Assembly: GCA_963796685.1 (NCBI GenBank)
Contig: CAWCMR010000025.1
Span: 608,001-672,000, forward strand
Direction of reading: 5' to 3'
DNA from: an uncultured delta proteobacterium
GTDB taxonomy: Bacteria > Myxococcota_A > Polyangia > Fen-1088
Length of the DNA stretch: 64,000 nt
A program made the translations under genes and the position numbers. Below are positions 40,495 to 53,819 of the stretch, piece after piece. The notes under the pieces are model-generated. The model made no database searches, had not been told where the DNA came from, and saw nothing but the letters and a program-made list of their open reading frames with translations. The stretch's first letter is position 1; each line of letters starts with the position of its first letter.

Positions 40495-41655
40495 ATGACA
40501 TCGTCGTCTCTTGACCGCAGAGTATCCTCGTCGACCTCCATTCTCGGGCCAGCTCTGGCGCTCCTGCTCGCAGCGGGTTGCTCGAGTGGGGGAGGAACCA
40601 TCAACGGCGCTGGTGGCACCGCTGCCGGCGGCGCCACCGGCAGCGGCGGCTCCTCCACGCTTGGTGGGGCTGGCGGAACCGGCGGCGCAAACCCCTCCGG
40701 AGGAACTCCCGGCGCTGGCGGAACCACCGGAAAAGGCGGAACCACCGGCAGCGGCGGCGTCCCATCCTCGGGCGGAGTCACCGGCTCTGGCGGCACTCCT
40801 GGCAGCGGCGGCACACACGGCAGCGGCGGCACTCCTGGCAGCGGCGGCGTCCCTGGCAGCGGCGGCGTCCCTGGCAGCGGCGGCACCGGGAAAGGTGGAA
40901 CCACCGGCTCGGGTGGCAACGCCGGCAGGGATGGTGGCGCCGGAAGCGGCGGCGCCCCTGGAACCGACGCTGCGGCCACGACGGACGGCGGAAGTTGCTC
41001 GACCACCATGCCGAGCGGCGGTCAGACGTGCAGTGGAGGCAATTGTAATGGCACGGCCGACGGCCTGGGCTATGGCATCTGGGAGAGTGGAAGCGGGGGC
41101 AGCATCACGTACTTCACCAATGCTCACGCGTTTTCCGCATCTTGGACCGCCAGTAGTGCTGACTTCCTGGCCCATCTCGGCCTGGATTTCAGGCCCGCCA
41201 AGGCTTCCACCGCCTACGGAACGATTGTGGCCGATTTCTCCGAGGTCAAGAAAGTCACGAGCAATCCTCCCTGGTCATCCATTGGAATGTACGGATGGAT
41301 GAACAGTCCATGTATTGAATGGTACATCAATGAGGATTCGTTCAATGGTATGGGCGGGCGGGGCAGTGTCACCGCCACGATTGATGGAGCTACCTACTAC
41401 TTGTCCACACAACAAACGACCGGAACCGGAGGCGCCAATGCTTGCGAATCCGGTCACACGGGCAGCTGGACTCAGATCCACAGCACTCGGTCCGCGGCTC
41501 GCCAATGCGGAACCATTACCGTCAGCGACCACTTCAAGGCGTGGGCGGCGCAGGGCTGGAGCCTGGGAAGCCTGACCATGGTTCATATCAATGTGGAAGT
41601 GGGGGGCGGCGCCGGAACGATTGACTTCCCGGTGGCGAACGTTACGGCGAACTGA
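40495..41655 (+). CDS. GH11 endo-1,4-beta-xylanase lipoprotein with Gly-rich linker
   Basis: Lipobox AAGC, 'YGW...P.IEWYI.E', 'TIDG.TY', 'GTITV.DHF.AW...G..LG', 'VE'. Both catalytic Glu are present. Confidence 0.85.
   Translation: MTSSSLDRRVSSSTSILGPALALLLAAGCSSGGGTINGAGGTAAGGATGSGGSSTLGGAGGTGGANPSGGTPGAGGTTGKGGTTGSGGVPSSGGVTGSGGTPGSGGTHGSGGTPGSGGVPGSGGVPGSGGTGKGGTTGSGGNAGRDGGAGSGGAPGTDAAATTDGGSCSTTMPSGGQTCSGGNCNGTADGLGYGIWESGSGGSITYFTNAHAFSASWTASSADFLAHLGLDFRPAKASTAYGTIVADFSEVKKVTSNPPWSSIGMYGWMNSPCIEWYINEDSFNGMGGRGSVTATIDGATYYLSTQQTTGTGGANACESGHTGSWTQIHSTRSAARQCGTITVSDHFKAWAAQGWSLGSLTMVHINVEVGGGAGTIDFPVANVTAN
40792..40885 (+). repeat. 18-bp coding tandem repeat (GGxPGS linker)
   Basis: Variants of GGCACTCCTGGCAGCGGC repeated about five times. 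Confidence 0.85.
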
Positions 41656-41666
41656 GGCTCTGTTCC

Positions 41667-42761
41667 CTACCACCGCACAATCGCCCGCAACATCGTCAGC
41701 ATCAGCTTCCACACGGGCTCGATGACTTTGGTGAGCACCGGGCTGCGAAAATCGGGAAAGTCGATGACCGCGGTGAAGTGGCGCAGGATCTCGCGGTCGG
41801 GAACCCGGCGCATGCGCGCGACGTCGCGCCGGCCGCGCCACAGGTAGCGCCACGCCGACGGGCGCAGGAACCAGGCGAGCGAACGGACCTTGGCGCCGAG
41901 CCAACCCGCCTTGGCCGCCATCAGCAGAAGCCCGCAGTCGGCCACCAGCATGGCCGGCAGGAGCAGCAGCAGGGTGGCCAAACGGTAGTTCTTCAGCACC
42001 ACGATCCAGCGGTTGCGCTCCATCCAGTACCATTTGGACGAGGCCCGCGAGAACTCGTAGAAGTGCCGGCACACGCTCTTCGGGGCGATGAGATTGCGAA
42101 AGCCGGCCAGGCGGATACGCCAGCCCAAGTCCAGATCCTCGTGATAGAGCCACAGGGTCTCGTCGAGAAGACCGACCTTGCGCAGGACTTGCGCCGGCAA
42201 GAGCACGCACGCCCCCGAGGAAAAGGCGATGTCGTGCGACTCGCGCGCAACCTCGGCGCGCGCGCCCCGGTAGCCGCCCACGTAGCCGAAGCCGAGAAAG
42301 TGGATGTGGTTGCCGCTGGTGTTCACCACCTCGGGCTCGTCGCCCAGCACCAGCAGCGACTGCACCGACCCGACCTCGCGCGCGCTTTCGGCCACGCCCA
42401 CGATTTCCTTCAAAGCCGCGGGCTCGAAGGTCGCGTCGGGATTGAGAAGGAAGCAATAGTCCACACCGCGTTCCAGGGCCGCGCGCAGGGCGATGTTGTT
42501 GCCCACGGCGAACCCCAGGTTGGTCCCCGGTTCGTGGATCACCACCGCGGGCAGGCTCGCGCCCAGACGCTCGATCTCGCTCTTGGCGGCGGCCAAGCTG
42601 CCGTCGCCGGGGCCATTGTCGACCAAGTGGAGCTCGAGGCGATCGCGCGGATAGTCCACGAGCGCCAGGCTCTCCATCAGCCCACGCATGAACTTTCCGC
42701 AGCGGTAGATGACCGTTACCACGGCCACGCGAGGAGGAAGAGCAATCGCGTTGGCAGTCAA
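41667..42761 (-). CDS. Glycosyltransferase family 2
   Basis: 'VDN', 'NLGFA.GNN', 'LLNPD', 'SGAC', 'Y.ED.DL.WR'. Confidence 0.92.
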   Translation of the reverse strand: MTANAIALPPRVAVVTVIYRCGKFMRGLMESLALVDYPRDRLELHLVDNGPGDGSLAAAKSEIERLGASLPAVVIHEPGTNLGFAVGNNIALRAALERGVDYCFLLNPDATFEPAALKEIVGVAESAREVGSVQSLLVLGDEPEVVNTSGNHIHFLGFGYVGGYRGARAEVARESHDIAFSSGACVLLPAQVLRKVGLLDETLWLYHEDLDLGWRIRLAGFRNLIAPKSVCRHFYEFSRASSKWYWMERNRWIVVLKNYRLATLLLLLPAMLVADCGLLLMAAKAGWLGAKVRSLAWFLRPSAWRYLWRGRRDVARMRRVPDREILRHFTAVIDFPDFRSPVLTKVIEPVWKLMLTMLRAIVRW

Positions 42762-42768
42762 TGCCGGC

Positions 42769-43992
42769 CTACTTGCGCGAATCCGGAGGCGCGTCGGCGG
42801 CCGCGAGCTCGGCCAGCACGTGAAGCGCGGCCTCGCGCTTGGCCCGCTTGCGCGACTCGGGGTCTTTCATGTTGGGCACGTGCCCACCGGGAGGGGTGGG
42901 CGGAACGGCCATCCTGGGCATTTCGGCGCTGGAGCGGCGGGCGCCCCCACCTTCTCGCCGGCGTGAAAGAGGCACGGGCGGCGGGGTGCGCACCGGCGCT
43001 GGCGTGGCGGCTGCGCGGAACGACGGCAACACCTCCTTGAGAAAGCGCTCGCGCTCGGCGGCCTCCTCGACCATGGCCTTGCCGTAGATGGCGTGCATGA
43101 GCTCGGACACACGCGCGGCGTCGGTGCGAGGCGCCGCCTCGGCGATGGCGTCCGAGAGCGCGAAACGAAACTCCTCGGCGTTGGCGAAGCGCTTGCTGCG
43201 GTCCGGGGCCAGGGCGCGCATGAGCACCTCGTCGAGGGCCGGTGTCACCCACGGCGCGCGCGTCGACGGCGGCATGGGCTTGGGGTGGCGGACCATGGCC
43301 AACGCCGCGGCGGGATCGAGACCCGAGATCTGCAGGTACTGGTGCCCGGTGAGAAGCTCCCACAACACCACCGCCAGCGAATACACGTCGGTGCCGGGAT
43401 CGGCAACCTCGCCACGCGCCTGCTCGGGGGCGAGGTACGCCGCGCGGCCGAACACCACGCCCGGCTGGGTGTGCTCTTGCTTGAGCGCGCTGCGGGCCAG
43501 ACCGAAATCGGTCAGCTTCACGTCGCCGTTGTAGGCCAGCATGATGTTGGGCGGGGCCACGTCGCGATGGACCAGGTTGAGCTCACCGTAGGTGTGCACG
43601 TAGTAGAGCGTCCTGGCCAACTCGCGCGCGACGTGCAAGGCCACCTCGATGGGAATGCGGTGACGGACGCGCACGCAGCGATTCCACACCTCGCGCAGAT
43701 CCTTGCCCTCGACCATTTCCATGGCGATGTAGAACTCGCGCTCGACCTGGCCGGCGTCGAAGGTGTTCACCAAGCCCGAGTGGGCGAGCCGCAACACGAC
43801 CTTGGCCTCGTCGAGGAAGCGCTTGGCCTTGCCCTCGTCGGACTTCTCCGGAATGACCTTCTTGATCACGCACAGCTTGTCGAAGCCGTCGATTTGCCCG
43901 AGCGCCGCGACGTAGATCTCGCCCATGCCGCCCTTGGCCAGCGGTTTGAGCAGGACATATTTGCCGAACTGTCGCGGGTAACTGACAGCCAT
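42769..43992 (-). CDS. Ser/Thr protein kinase
   Basis: AKGGMG, HRDVAPPN, DFG, YLAPE. Paralogous to the first kinase domain of the upstream gene. Confidence 0.92.
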   Translation of the reverse strand: MAVSYPRQFGKYVLLKPLAKGGMGEIYVAALGQIDGFDKLCVIKKVIPEKSDEGKAKRFLDEAKVVLRLAHSGLVNTFDAGQVEREFYIAMEMVEGKDLREVWNRCVRVRHRIPIEVALHVARELARTLYYVHTYGELNLVHRDVAPPNIMLAYNGDVKLTDFGLARSALKQEHTQPGVVFGRAAYLAPEQARGEVADPGTDVYSLAVVLWELLTGHQYLQISGLDPAAALAMVRHPKPMPPSTRAPWVTPALDEVLMRALAPDRSKRFANAEEFRFALSDAIAEAAPRTDAARVSELMHAIYGKAMVEEAAERERFLKEVLPSFRAAATPAPVRTPPPVPLSRRREGGGARRSSAEMPRMAVPPTPPGGHVPNMKDPESRKRAKREAALHVLAELAAADAPPDSRK

Positions 43993-44123
43993 CGTTCTCC
44001 GAAGCAAAGACTCTGGGGGGTTCTTTCGAGCCCCCGCGAGGGACGCCCCCGGGCAAAGCCCACCGGCGCCCACGCGAGCGTAGCTTATCAGCGCCGGGCG
44101 CACGCGGACAGTCGGCGGTAGCG

Positions 44124-46947
<2,824 letters not shown>

Positions 46948-47096
46948 GTAACAGCGTGCTGCTTGTTGATCTTACGGGAACGGGCGCAAGATTCCTAGAG
47001 ATCTGGCCCGCGTGAAGGCCAAACCATACACCGATCTGTTCCCTGGGACAGCCCAGAAGGTGCGGGATTCCGCCAGGTTCGCCGCCTGCCGCCGGG

Positions 47097-48107
47097 TCAA
47101 GGGCAGGCACGGGTGCTGGCGTTGCACGACGTTCCCGCGTTGCAGGATCCTGTGCCCGCGCAGGAAACCTGGCAGGAGGTGCCGCTGCAGCTCACCGGCC
47201 GGGCGCACGAGCTTCTGCCCGAACAGGTCACGATGTTGGCGGCCGCGTAGGTCGAGACGCCCCCTCCGCACGAGCGAGAGCCCGAGCAGTCGGTGTTGCA
47301 CTGGTTGCCCGAACAAGTAACCCCCGCGGCGCAGCTGTTCTGGCCGCTGCACGTGATCCGCGAGGTGGCGGCGTTGCTGGAGACGCCCCCCGAACAAGAG
47401 GCACCCTCGGCGCAGGTGACCTGGCACTCCTTGCCGCCGCAAAGGATCGCACCGGCGCAAGAACCGGCCTGGCCGCAGGTGATATCGCAGGTCTTGCCTT
47501 GCGAGCAGTCAACGCCGAGCGGGCATCCGTCAGCCCCGCAGGTCACCTGGCAGGCCTGGTTGTCTGGACAAGTCACCACCGCCAAGCACGTACCCGAAGC
47601 GCTGCAGTCGAACACGCATCCCGTCGTTCCGTATTGGCCGCCGTGCTCTTCGCAAATCGAAGCCGGGGTAACCTCCGGCCCTGAATCGTGGGGCGCGGCA
47701 TCCACCGGCTCTCCTCCGTCCGCACCGGGCAGCCCTCCCGTGCCGGGCAGCCCTCCCGTACCAGGCAGTCCTCCCGTGCCGGGCAGTCCTCCCGTGCCGG
47801 GCAGTCCTCCCGTACCCATGGCACCACCGGTCCACACCAGGCCGCCGCTCGTCGAGACGCCGCCGCTGCCGATGGCGCCGCCTGCCGCGCTGCCAGTCCC
47901 CAGGGCATCCGCCCCGCCGGCCCCCGCGTCTGTCCCAAAGCTCTCGCCTCCTGTGTCCCCGATGGTTGTACCCCCAGCTCCAGCGGGGCTCGCGACCCCC
48001 AGTCCGGACTTGTCCACTTGGCAGGCGAGCGGGCACAACAGTGCTGCTGCCAAGAAAAACCATCCTGTTGTCGTGCGCATTGTGCTCCAGCTAGCGGCCA
48101 CGGCCAT
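47097..48107 (-). CDS. Cys-rich repeat lipoprotein with Gly-rich linker
   Basis: Lipobox PLAC, (GTGGLP)n linker, 'C.v.C.G..SC...v.C' repeats. Confidence 0.75.
   Translation of the reverse strand: MAVAASWSTMRTTTGWFFLAAALLCPLACQVDKSGLGVASPAGAGGTTIGDTGGESFGTDAGAGGADALGTGSAAGGAIGSGGVSTSGGLVWTGGAMGTGGLPGTGGLPGTGGLPGTGGLPGTGGLPGADGGEPVDAAPHDSGPEVTPASICEEHGGQYGTTGCVFDCSASGTCLAVVTCPDNQACQVTCGADGCPLGVDCSQGKTCDITCGQAGSCAGAILCGGKECQVTCAEGASCSGGVSSNAATSRITCSGQNSCAAGVTCSGNQCNTDCSGSRSCGGGVSTYAAANIVTCSGRSSCARPVSCSGTSCQVSCAGTGSCNAGTSCNASTRACP
47725..47816 (-). repeat. 18-bp coding tandem repeat (GTGGLP)x5
   Basis: CCGGGCAGYCCTCCCGTR units. Confidence 0.9.
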
Positions 48108-48316
48108 CAGCGCCCCCCCCGAGTCCCTCGTCGAACGGCGTCCCCGGCCGTGGAGAAGACGGGGCCCCCGGTAATTGTGATGCCACTGGCTCGAGCGTAC
48201 AAGCGAGAAACAGACTGTAAGGAAGGTTGCAACGCATTGCCAACAAAAAGCAAGTGCGCCGAGCCAGGTCCCCGGTCGTCACCCCATTCGAACCCGTGCC
48301 CCGATGACCGATTTCT

Positions 48317-49057
48317 TCACTGCTTGAACAGGCCGGTCTGAAGAACGCCCATCTTGCTCAGGCGGAATTGTAGGGCCGTCCACAGGCAGCCAAGGCCGTA
48401 GCGCATGCTGCGGAGAAAGTTGATCGATGACGCCTCTTCGAAATACTTCGCGGGGCAGGTGACCTCGGCGATGTTGAAGCCGAAGTAATGGATCTGCGAC
48501 AGCATTTGATTGTCGAACACGAAGTCGTCCGAGTTGCGGTCGATGGGCACGGTCTCGAGCACCTTGCGCGTGAAGGCGCGATAGCCGGTGTGGTACTCGG
48601 AGAGCTTGGCGCCCATCAAGACGTTCTGGGCCATGGTGAGAAAGCGGTTGCTGATGTACTTGTAGAGCGGCATGCCGCCCTTGAGCGCCTGCCCGCCCAG
48701 GATGCGCGAGCCCAACACGACGTCGTAGAGCCCCGATTCCAGGATGTAGGCCATGGCCGAGACCAGCTTGGGCGTGTACTGGTAGTCGGGGTGAAGCATG
48801 ATGACGATCTCGGCGCCGGCTTCGAGCGCCGTCTTGTAGCAGGATTTCTGATTGCCGCCGTAGCCCCGGTTGCGCGGGTGCACGATGGTCTTGAGCCCCA
48901 ACTCCTTGGCCACCGCCACGGTCTCGTCGCGGCTGGCGTCGTCGACGAGGATGATCTCGTCCACGATATCCATGGGAACTTCTGCGCACGTGGTACGCAG
49001 GGTCTTGCCGGCGTTGTAGGCGGGCATGACAACGACCACTTTCTTCCCACGTATCAC
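48317..49057 (-). CDS. GT2 DPM1-like glycosyltransferase
   Basis: 'VVMPAYNA', 'VDDAS.D', 'N.GYGGNQK', 'HPDYQY', 'GSR', 'TGYRAF'. Confidence 0.92.
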   Translation of the reverse strand: MIRGKKVVVVMPAYNAGKTLRTTCAEVPMDIVDEIILVDDASRDETVAVAKELGLKTIVHPRNRGYGGNQKSCYKTALEAGAEIVIMLHPDYQYTPKLVSAMAYILESGLYDVVLGSRILGGQALKGGMPLYKYISNRFLTMAQNVLMGAKLSEYHTGYRAFTRKVLETVPIDRNSDDFVFDNQMLSQIHYFGFNIAEVTCPAKYFEEASSINFLRSMRYGLGCLWTALQFRLSKMGVLQTGLFKQ

Positions 49058-49184
49058 GGCGGCGAACCTCCTCGGGAGATCTGAGAAATCGGATGACCAG
49101 GCCATGATCCAGCCCATCGGGTCGAAGGACAAGCCTCTCGGCGCATAAATCGGCCTGGGCCTACGGGCCCGTTGCCGCACGTGG

Positions 49185-49876
49185 TCACTTCTCGAAGTGT
49201 TGGTAGTCCTTCATCGAATCCCAGGCTCCGCCCCAAAGCCAGCCGCGGCGGGCGAACGCGCGCACCGCTTGGTCGCCGGCGCGCAGGATTCCGGGCGCCT
49301 TCTTCTCCCTGTCCAAGAATGCCGAGCCGGCGGGAGGGAAAACCTGGCCGTCCATGACCATGGGATTGGTGCGCGGATTGATATCGATGGCGCGGCCGAA
49401 GCTGTGCTTGGAGAAGACGCCGGGCTTTCCCGCTACGAATCGGCAGTTGAAGGCCGAGGTGTTGTTGTCGGCCATGGAGGCATCGTCGTCGCCTTGGTAG
49501 TCGTCGATGACCTTCATCTTCTCGATGGCAAATCGCCGGGCGAAGAGCACCTTGAAGATGGCCAAGACGTCGCTGACCACATCCTTGTGCACCACGGCTC
49601 GCCCTCGTGGACGGCCCCGTCGTAGCCATAGTGAGCGAGGCGGACATAGACCAAATCGGCGATGGGCGTGGGGCACTCCGGTCGCCACGAATGCTGGCGC
49701 ATGCGCCTGGCAAGCGATTCGGGAACGGGGCCTTGCGTGAGGTGGAAAGACGAAGGGGTGGTACGGCCCACCTGGGGCGCGTCGGCCGCTTCGGCCGCTC
49801 GAAGCCCTTGCGGCGCACGCGGCGCATATGGATCGCTGGCCAGGATGAGCAGCAGCGCTATCCCGAGCGCGCTCAC
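49185..49876 (-). CDS. M15-family peptidoglycan peptidase; apparent frameshift ~49597
   Basis: Signal peptide and 'SWR..CP' in ORF 49514-49876. 'NNTSAFNCR', 'S.HS.G.AIDINP', 'WGG.W', 'DYQHFE' in ORF 49185-49688. Confidence 0.85.
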
Positions 49877-50064
49877 GACCGTGATTTCCTTCTGGCCAGC
49901 GGGCTCATGGCTAGATCAGCAGCTTGTTTCTCCTGGGGCGTTTGTCAAATTCGGTGCGGCAGACCTGGACTTTTCGAGGCACGATTCATCAGAATTCTGA
50001 AGCCGTGCACCCCGTTCGAGGCACAACGCCAAGTAGATAAGCCTATTGCGTGGCGACGAACCGC

Positions 50065-50080
50065 TGGCACGCAAGATGCT
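50065..50080 (+). promoter_or_regulatory. sigma54 promoter candidate
   Basis: TGGCACGCAAGATGCT with exact GG-N10-GC spacing, about 45 bp upstream of ATG 50126. Confidence 0.7.
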
Positions 50081-50125
50081 GTGCTTGAGGCGGTAGCCCA
50101 CCAACCCGAGTCAAAGGAACACGTC

Positions 50126-51262
50126 ATGATGCTTGCGAAGCCACTCCTGGGGATTGCCTCTTTGGTCACGGTTCTTGCCCTCCCAGGGCTCGCCGCCGCG
50201 CAGACTTGTGCCAGCGATAGCGACTGCGCCAAGGGTCTGACCTGCCAGGCCAGCCCCGTGGCGCCGCCCCCCACGCCGGCGTGCCCGGCCGGGACCGACT
50301 GCCTTCCAACCGGCGTGGCCCCTTCGCCGTCCATGAGCTGCCTGCCCGCTCCCTGCCAGACGGACACCGACTGCGGCCAAGGGATGGTCTGCCACAGCCA
50401 AACGAGCTCCGTGTGCAGCGGCGGAACGGCCGTCGCGGTCAAGTGCGATCCCAACACGGTGTGTGACCCCGCGCCCCCCACCGTGCCCCCCGTGTGCACC
50501 GATACCACGACCTCGCAATGTGTCTACAAGTCGAGCCTGCCCTGCAACGCCGACGCTGACTGCGGCGACGGCTTCGTATGCCAGCCGTCGACCGTGGGCA
50601 CTTGTTCCGGCTCATCGGGTTCTGCCTCGGGCGGCTCGGCGGCCTCGTCGTCGGGGGCCGGGGGCGGAACTGGCTCGGGCGCGTTGCCGCCCACCCTGGC
50701 CACGCCGGATGGAGGCGCCACGACCACGTGCACGACCGTGACCTCCTATCCGGGTTCCTGCCAGCCGAAAGTGACTATCTGCAACGCGGACTCGGACTGC
50801 CTCCCCACTTGGAAGTGCGTGACGACCATGGTCTCGAATACCGCGACCGGCGCCCCGATGCCGGTCGACGGCGGCGGCGCGTCCGCTCAGCCCCCCACCA
50901 TCACGGCCACTGAGACCTCGACCGCGACGTCGGTCAGCACTTGCCAACCCCCCACGTCGTATCCGCCACGTACCGTCGGAGGCACCGAGGGTGGAACGGG
51001 AACGGGAACCACGCAGACGACGAACACGGCCCCTGCGACTCCCGATGCCGGGGCCACGACCAAGGGCGCGACCACGCCGCCCACCACCGCAACGCCTGGT
51101 GGTGGCCCCACCTCGACCGACACCAAGACCACCGCCGCGGCGACAGGTGGCGGTGGCGGCTGCTCCCTGGGCGCTGGCACGCCCTCTCACGGCTCGGCCG
51201 TCCTGCTGGGCCTGTTCGGGGCCTTGCTCGCCCTCCGCGCTCGACGGGGACGCCAGGGGTAG
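50126..51262 (+). CDS. Cys-rich surface protein with MYXO-CTERM sorting signal
   Basis: Signal peptide, four 'C..D.DC..G..C' repeats, C-terminal 'GGGC...hydrophobic...RARR'. Confidence 0.85.
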   Translation: MMLAKPLLGIASLVTVLALPGLAAAQTCASDSDCAKGLTCQASPVAPPPTPACPAGTDCLPTGVAPSPSMSCLPAPCQTDTDCGQGMVCHSQTSSVCSGGTAVAVKCDPNTVCDPAPPTVPPVCTDTTTSQCVYKSSLPCNADADCGDGFVCQPSTVGTCSGSSGSASGGSAASSSGAGGGTGSGALPPTLATPDGGATTTCTTVTSYPGSCQPKVTICNADSDCLPTWKCVTTMVSNTATGAPMPVDGGGASAQPPTITATETSTATSVSTCQPPTSYPPRTVGGTEGGTGTGTTQTTNTAPATPDAGATTKGATTPPTTATPGGGPTSTDTKTTAAATGGGGGCSLGAGTPSHGSAVLLGLFGALLALRARRGRQG

Positions 51263-51392
51263 CCTATCCCGGTAGGTACCCAAACTCGATGCCGCACGGC
51301 GCGGGACGTGCAGGCTACCGTCGATTCAAAGGGAGCAATGTTGTCCTGTCCCGTATGCAGGAGCACGGTGTTACTGACAGCGAAATTCACGT

Positions 51393-52592
51393 TCAAGGCG
51401 ACTTCGACCCGTAGACCATCGTGGATGTGGTGTTACTCCTGCCATCGGGAACGAGCGACAGCTCTGTTGTCTCCGATTTCTCCAGGCTTGCAGGCGATGA
51501 GGTTGGAAAAGCGATGCGGCTCGCATTGGGGTGGGCCGACGTTGCAGGCGAGCAGATGCCGGTGGCGTACGACGACCCGAATACCGAGGGGGCTCCCGAC
51601 GATGTATCCATCTCTGCGCGGAACACCATGTTGGCGCCGGCGGATATGGTCGGGTAGGTACCGGAAGCGACGGTTGTGTTTCCGTCCATCAGGGACAGCG
51701 ACACGTTCGTGCCGCTTGGGATGGATGTACATGCCCCGATCGGCGAACAGCTCCCACTCATGGCGGAAAAGCTCGCGCCGCCAACATTGAGCGTCAAGAG
51801 GAAGTCCTTATTGCTCTTCTGGAGGAAGTTGCAGAACTTGGCCATGGTTCCCGCCGTGCCGGTTCCACCCGAGCAGATCCCCCCGGCTCTGTTCGACTCG
51901 AACGTCGGTGAGCTGCTGCTATCGAGAATCGCTCGTATCAGCAGCTCAGTCCCGGCAGTGAGGTCGATGGTGCCCGAGGAAAGCGTTGTCGAACCGTTCA
52001 TAAGCACGAATGGGGTTGCGGCTCCAGCTGGAACCGCAAGGCAGTAGCCTACAGGCTCGCAATTGCTTGATGTCGCCGAGATCTTGGTGCCGTTGACGCT
52101 CAGGGTGAGGGTTAGCGACTCTCCACCCGAGGCGGAGAGCTGGTTGCAGAACTTGACATTCGCGGAGTCCGAGGATGTACCTGTGCTTCCTCCGCCTCCA
52201 GTCGTTTGGCCCCCCGAACCAGCCTCTCCCCCGCTTCCTCCCGTCCCTGCGCTGGTACCGACCCTGGTACATTTATCGGAGTTAGAGCAATCGGGAACAT
52301 AGCCTTCGCTCACGCAAGCCGCGGCGCCATCCGCACAGTTGACAACCGTGTCACAGGCCACTTGTGAAGCCCAACAGGTAGCCGACCCAGGGCAGTAGTA
52401 GGCAGGCGCAGAGGGGCAGGTGGTTTGGCCAATTTCGTAGCACACGCTCTGTGAGCCGGTATAACTGTCGTCACCGCATACAAAGCCGCTGGGGCATGTT
52501 CCGGCGGGGGAACACTTCGTGCTTCCGCTTTGGTAATCGGGGCTGCAGTTCACTAAGATCGCGACAATACTGACCAGCACAAATCGACTCAT
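51393..52592 (-). CDS. Cys-rich lipoprotein with duplicated 'KFCN.L' domain
   Basis: Lipobox LVNC and two ~90-aa homologous modules. Confidence 0.75.
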   Translation of the reverse strand: MSRFVLVSIVAILVNCSPDYQSGSTKCSPAGTCPSGFVCGDDSYTGSQSVCYEIGQTTCPSAPAYYCPGSATCWASQVACDTVVNCADGAAACVSEGYVPDCSNSDKCTRVGTSAGTGGSGGEAGSGGQTTGGGGSTGTSSDSANVKFCNQLSASGGESLTLTLSVNGTKISATSSNCEPVGYCLAVPAGAATPFVLMNGSTTLSSGTIDLTAGTELLIRAILDSSSSPTFESNRAGGICSGGTGTAGTMAKFCNFLQKSNKDFLLTLNVGGASFSAMSGSCSPIGACTSIPSGTNVSLSLMDGNTTVASGTYPTISAGANMVFRAEMDTSSGAPSVFGSSYATGICSPATSAHPNASRIAFPTSSPASLEKSETTELSLVPDGRSNTTSTMVYGSKSP

Positions 52593-52607
52593 GACGTTGG
52601 GTCTCCC

Positions 52608-53762
52608 TTAGTATGTGTAGTGAACTACGGCGCCCACGGTGTCGGGACGAACGACTGGTGCGAGCGCTATGGAGGATTGTTGATGATCCTTCATCGCCAT
52701 CATGATGACGGCCGTGACCACACCTGCAGCGCCCACCCCATAACAAATTCCCGAGAGGTCGGCGTAGGTCTTTCCCGAGCTCTCTTTGCTGGAATCGTAT
52801 TGCTTGACCGTGTCGGAAAAGGCGCTTTGCGACAGGTAGGTAAAGACCCCGCCCGTCGCGAGCACCGCAACGCCAAGACCGCCGACGAGCCATGCGGCAT
52901 TGTTGTTCGTCGCTTGTGCCTGGTGCCCGCTGTCCGTGCCCACGTAGGCGCTAGGGGCACTTTGACTTTGACTCGGGTAGGGTGACGAAGAAGGGCTGGC
53001 AGATTGATTCGGGTACGGCTGTTGGACAGGCCCCGAAGCAGGAGGATAGCCCTGAGCGTAGCCGTAGCCGGCCGCTGGAGGCAAAGCGGTTGGAGAGCCG
53101 GGAGGCGCGCTGTAGGCCTGCGGAGGGAATCCGGCGGTTGGAGATTGACCCGGGTCTACGGGTTGCGGTGTACCCGGCGGCGGTCCGACAGGTGGGGCCG
53201 GGGCGATGGGATAACCTGGGCCATAGCCATACCCCGGCGCACTGGTCGCGGGTGGCGGAACAGCCGCCGTTCCGTAGCCCTGCGGTCCGGTGTTTGGAAG
53301 TCGACCAGGATCCGCCGCAGGTTGAGCAGCAGTTGGGGAGGAGATGCCTGTTGGGCCGGGGACCGTTGGGCCGGGGACAGGAGCGTTTTGATCCCGCAGC
53401 TTCTCCATCTCCGAGATCCATCCTTCGACCTCCGTGCGGTCTTCGGCAGTTATGCGCTTTTGCGTATGCAGGTAATCTCGCAAATTGCTCAGTGCTGGTT
53501 CTGCCCGTTGCAGATAGTAGTAGCAAGCTCCGGCATTGCGGGAGAAGACCGGAAAATCCGGGTGCGCCGCACTTAGGCGAGAGAAGATTTCGGCCGCCTG
53601 CTCATATCTCCCGCTTTTGTATAGGCGCTTGGCTTCCTGAAGCTCTCCGGCCGCTTTGTCGTCCAGTCCCGCGGCCAGTGCGCGCCCGGTGCTCCACACG
53701 GGTATTGCTACGACGAAAAGGAGAAGTCCTCCGATAGTCAAGTTCCTCAACGTGCAGTTCAC
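52608..53762 (-). CDS. Secreted TPR protein with Pro-rich linker and hydrophobic C-terminus
   Basis: Signal peptide, TPR 'A..LY..G.YE.A...F', two hydrophobic segments and terminal beta strands. Confidence 0.78.
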   Translation of the reverse strand: MNCTLRNLTIGGLLLFVVAIPVWSTGRALAAGLDDKAAGELQEAKRLYKSGRYEQAAEIFSRLSAAHPDFPVFSRNAGACYYYLQRAEPALSNLRDYLHTQKRITAEDRTEVEGWISEMEKLRDQNAPVPGPTVPGPTGISSPTAAQPAADPGRLPNTGPQGYGTAAVPPPATSAPGYGYGPGYPIAPAPPVGPPPGTPQPVDPGQSPTAGFPPQAYSAPPGSPTALPPAAGYGYAQGYPPASGPVQQPYPNQSASPSSSPYPSQSQSAPSAYVGTDSGHQAQATNNNAAWLVGGLGVAVLATGGVFTYLSQSAFSDTVKQYDSSKESSGKTYADLSGICYGVGAAGVVTAVIMMAMKDHQQSSIALAPVVRPDTVGAVVHYTY

Positions 53763-53819
53763 TTAAGTCCCCTCTCTTCCTCGTCTGGTCTTTTGTTGTC
53801 AAGCCGAGCGAATTGTTTG

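Noticed and set aside
48228-48242. TGGCAATGCGTTGCA on the minus strand resembling a sigma54 promoter
   Set aside because: GG-to-GC spacing is 9 nt, not the required 10.
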